A stretch of DNA of 64,000 nt, from positions 256,001-320,000 of the forward strand of contig CAVYRH010000004.1 of the NCBI GenBank assembly GCA_963770835.1. The letters run 5' to 3'. Under the pieces are notes generated by a model. It saw only the letters and a list, made by a program, of their open reading frames with translations. It made no database searches and was not told where the DNA came from. A program made the translations under genes and the position numbers. The first letter of the stretch is position 1. Every line of letters begins with the position of its first letter. Shown in pieces: positions 62,618 through 64,000 of the stretch. The DNA comes from an uncultured Pseudomonadota bacterium (GTDB taxonomy: Bacteria; Oederibacteriota; Muellerivitia; Muellerivitales; Muellerivitaceae).

Positions 62618-64000
62618 GTGCGTAGATTATGGATCATTTGGGGCCTGACCGCCCTTTCCATTGGGGTTGGAAACCCAGCCGGGGCGGCGGGGCGCCAGCA
62701 GCTCCACGGCCACGTGCCGGCCGAAACAGCGTCCCTACCTTTCGTGGGGCCCGTGGACGACAGCGCCCACTTGACCCTCGTCCTCACCCTACCCCTGCGG
62801 AATTCCATCCAGCTTGGGGAATTCTTGAAACAGGTTGGCGATCCGAAAAGCCCCCTCTACCGGCATTACCTTACCCCCGGGCAGTTCGCCCAAACCTATG
62901 GCCCCAGCGAGGCCGACTACCTGGCGGTCCAAGCCTTCGCACGGTCGAAAAACCTGACGGTGATTTCCATCTCCCCCAACCGGGTCATGCTCGAAGTCGG
63001 GGGGAAAGCGGTGGACGTCCAGAAGGCCTTCTATGTCAGCTTGGGCCGGTACCGGCGGCCCGACGGATCGGAGGTCTTCGCGCCCCAAAACGAACCCTCC
63101 CTGGACCTGGACGTTCCCATCCTCCACATCAGCGGATTGGATAACCTTCACAAACCCCAACCTATGGTTCACATCAAAAATTCCACCACCGTTCGCCGAT
63201 CGGCCCCGGCTTCCGGGCCCCAGCCGGCGGCGCTACGCCACACGCCCACCCCCACGCCCACGCCGGGAACGGGCTCGGCCCCCGGCGGGCTTTTCTGGGG
63301 TAATGACTTCCGTAATGCTTATGTTCCCGGCGTCTGCCTGACGGGCAGCGGGCAGTCGGTGGCGCTGGTGGAGTTCGAGGGTTACTACGCCTCCGACATC
63401 ACGGGCTACGAGAGCCTCGCGGGCCTGCCCAACGTCACCCTCACCAACGTGCCGGTGGACGGGTTTACACTTACCACCTCCGACTCCAACGGCATCGTCG
63501 AGTGCTCCCTGGACATCGAGATGGCCATCGATATGGCGCCGGGCCTGTCGCAGGTTTTGGTTTATGAGGCGCCAAACGGCGCCTCCAACACCCCCTCGGA
63601 CCTGCTCTTGAACCAAATCGCCACTGACGACAAGGCTTCGCAGATCAGTTGTTCCTGGACGGGATTCGGGGACGCCGCCACCACGGTCACCTTCCAGCAG
63701 TTCGCGGCCCAGGGGCAGTCCTTCTTCCAGGCCGCAGGGGACTACGGGGCCTACGTGTCCGGCGACCCCACGCCCACAGTTCCTCCGCCCATCAACCTCT
63801 ACAACTCCATCCAAATGACGGTGGTGGGGGGCACGCAGTTGACGATGCAGGGCGGGGCCTATAAATCCGAAACCACTTGGAACGCGCCGTTGAGCGGCAC
63901 CACCTACGCGGGAGGCGGGGGCGTTTGTTCCCTGGTTTCCATTCCCAGCTATCAACAGGGCTTGAACATGACCGCCAACGGGGGCTCGACCGTCCAGCGC
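62618..64000 (+). CDS. S53 (sedolisin/kumamolisin) family peptidase, 3'-truncated by the window end; not in ORF track
   Basis: Manual translation from GTG: signal peptide MRRLWIIWGLTALSIG...; prodomain LPLRN...DPKSPLYRHYLTPGQF; ECSLDIE, ISCSW, AAGDYG, VGGT. Confidence 0.9.
   Translation, partial: MRRLWIIWGLTALSIGVGNPAGAAGRQQLHGHVPAETASLPFVGPVDDSAHLTLVLTLPLRNSIQLGEFLKQVGDPKSPLYRHYLTPGQFAQTYGPSEADYLAVQAFARSKNLTVISISPNRVMLEVGGKAVDVQKAFYVSLGRYRRPDGSEVFAPQNEPSLDLDVPILHISGLDNLHKPQPMVHIKNSTTVRRSAPASGPQPAALRHTPTPTPTPGTGSAPGGLFWGNDFRNAYVPGVCLTGSGQSVALVEFEGYYASDITGYESLAGLPNVTLTNVPVDGFTLTTSDSNGIVECSLDIEMAIDMAPGLSQVLVYEAPNGASNTPSDLLLNQIATDDKASQISCSWTGFGDAATTVTFQQFAAQGQSFFQAAGDYGAYVSGDPTPTVPPPINLYNSIQMTVVGGTQLTMQGGAYKSETTWNAPLSGTTYAGGGGVCSLVSIPSYQQGLNMTANGGSTVQR

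Noticed and set aside
62485..63955. ORF-track calls in the last 1.5 kb
   Set aside because: They are off-frame or antisense to the S53 peptidase frame starting at 62618.

Overview
High-GC, gene-dense chromosomal window from a diderm bacterium; I see no rRNA, tRNA, CRISPR array or prophage. Main content in order: moeB; galK plus a sugar-phosphate nucleotidyltransferase; a ~10 kb operon with three tandem SLH-like/coiled-coil/beta-barrel outer-membrane proteins and three CBM-like lipoproteins behind an operator-like palindrome (best candidate for an undescribed glycan-capture system); OYE and CDGSH genes; alpha-glucan/glucose genes; a gamma-glutamylation amine-catabolism operon; one complete IS30-family element; assorted housekeeping genes; an OmpR-family two-component system, an ECF sigma factor and an ABC/LolA-like/beta-barrel operon, with one GTTAC direct-repeat motif recurring at three nearby promoters; a MarR-TolC-EmrA-methyltransferase-EmrB efflux operon; and a truncated S53 protease. 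Many gene junctions carry inverted-repeat elements built from 7-10 nt tandem units. A 14-aa Lys-rich micro-ORF has its own SD and terminator. All product calls come from motifs recognised by eye; no database searches were run. Some start codons were moved from the ORF track on the basis of SD position.
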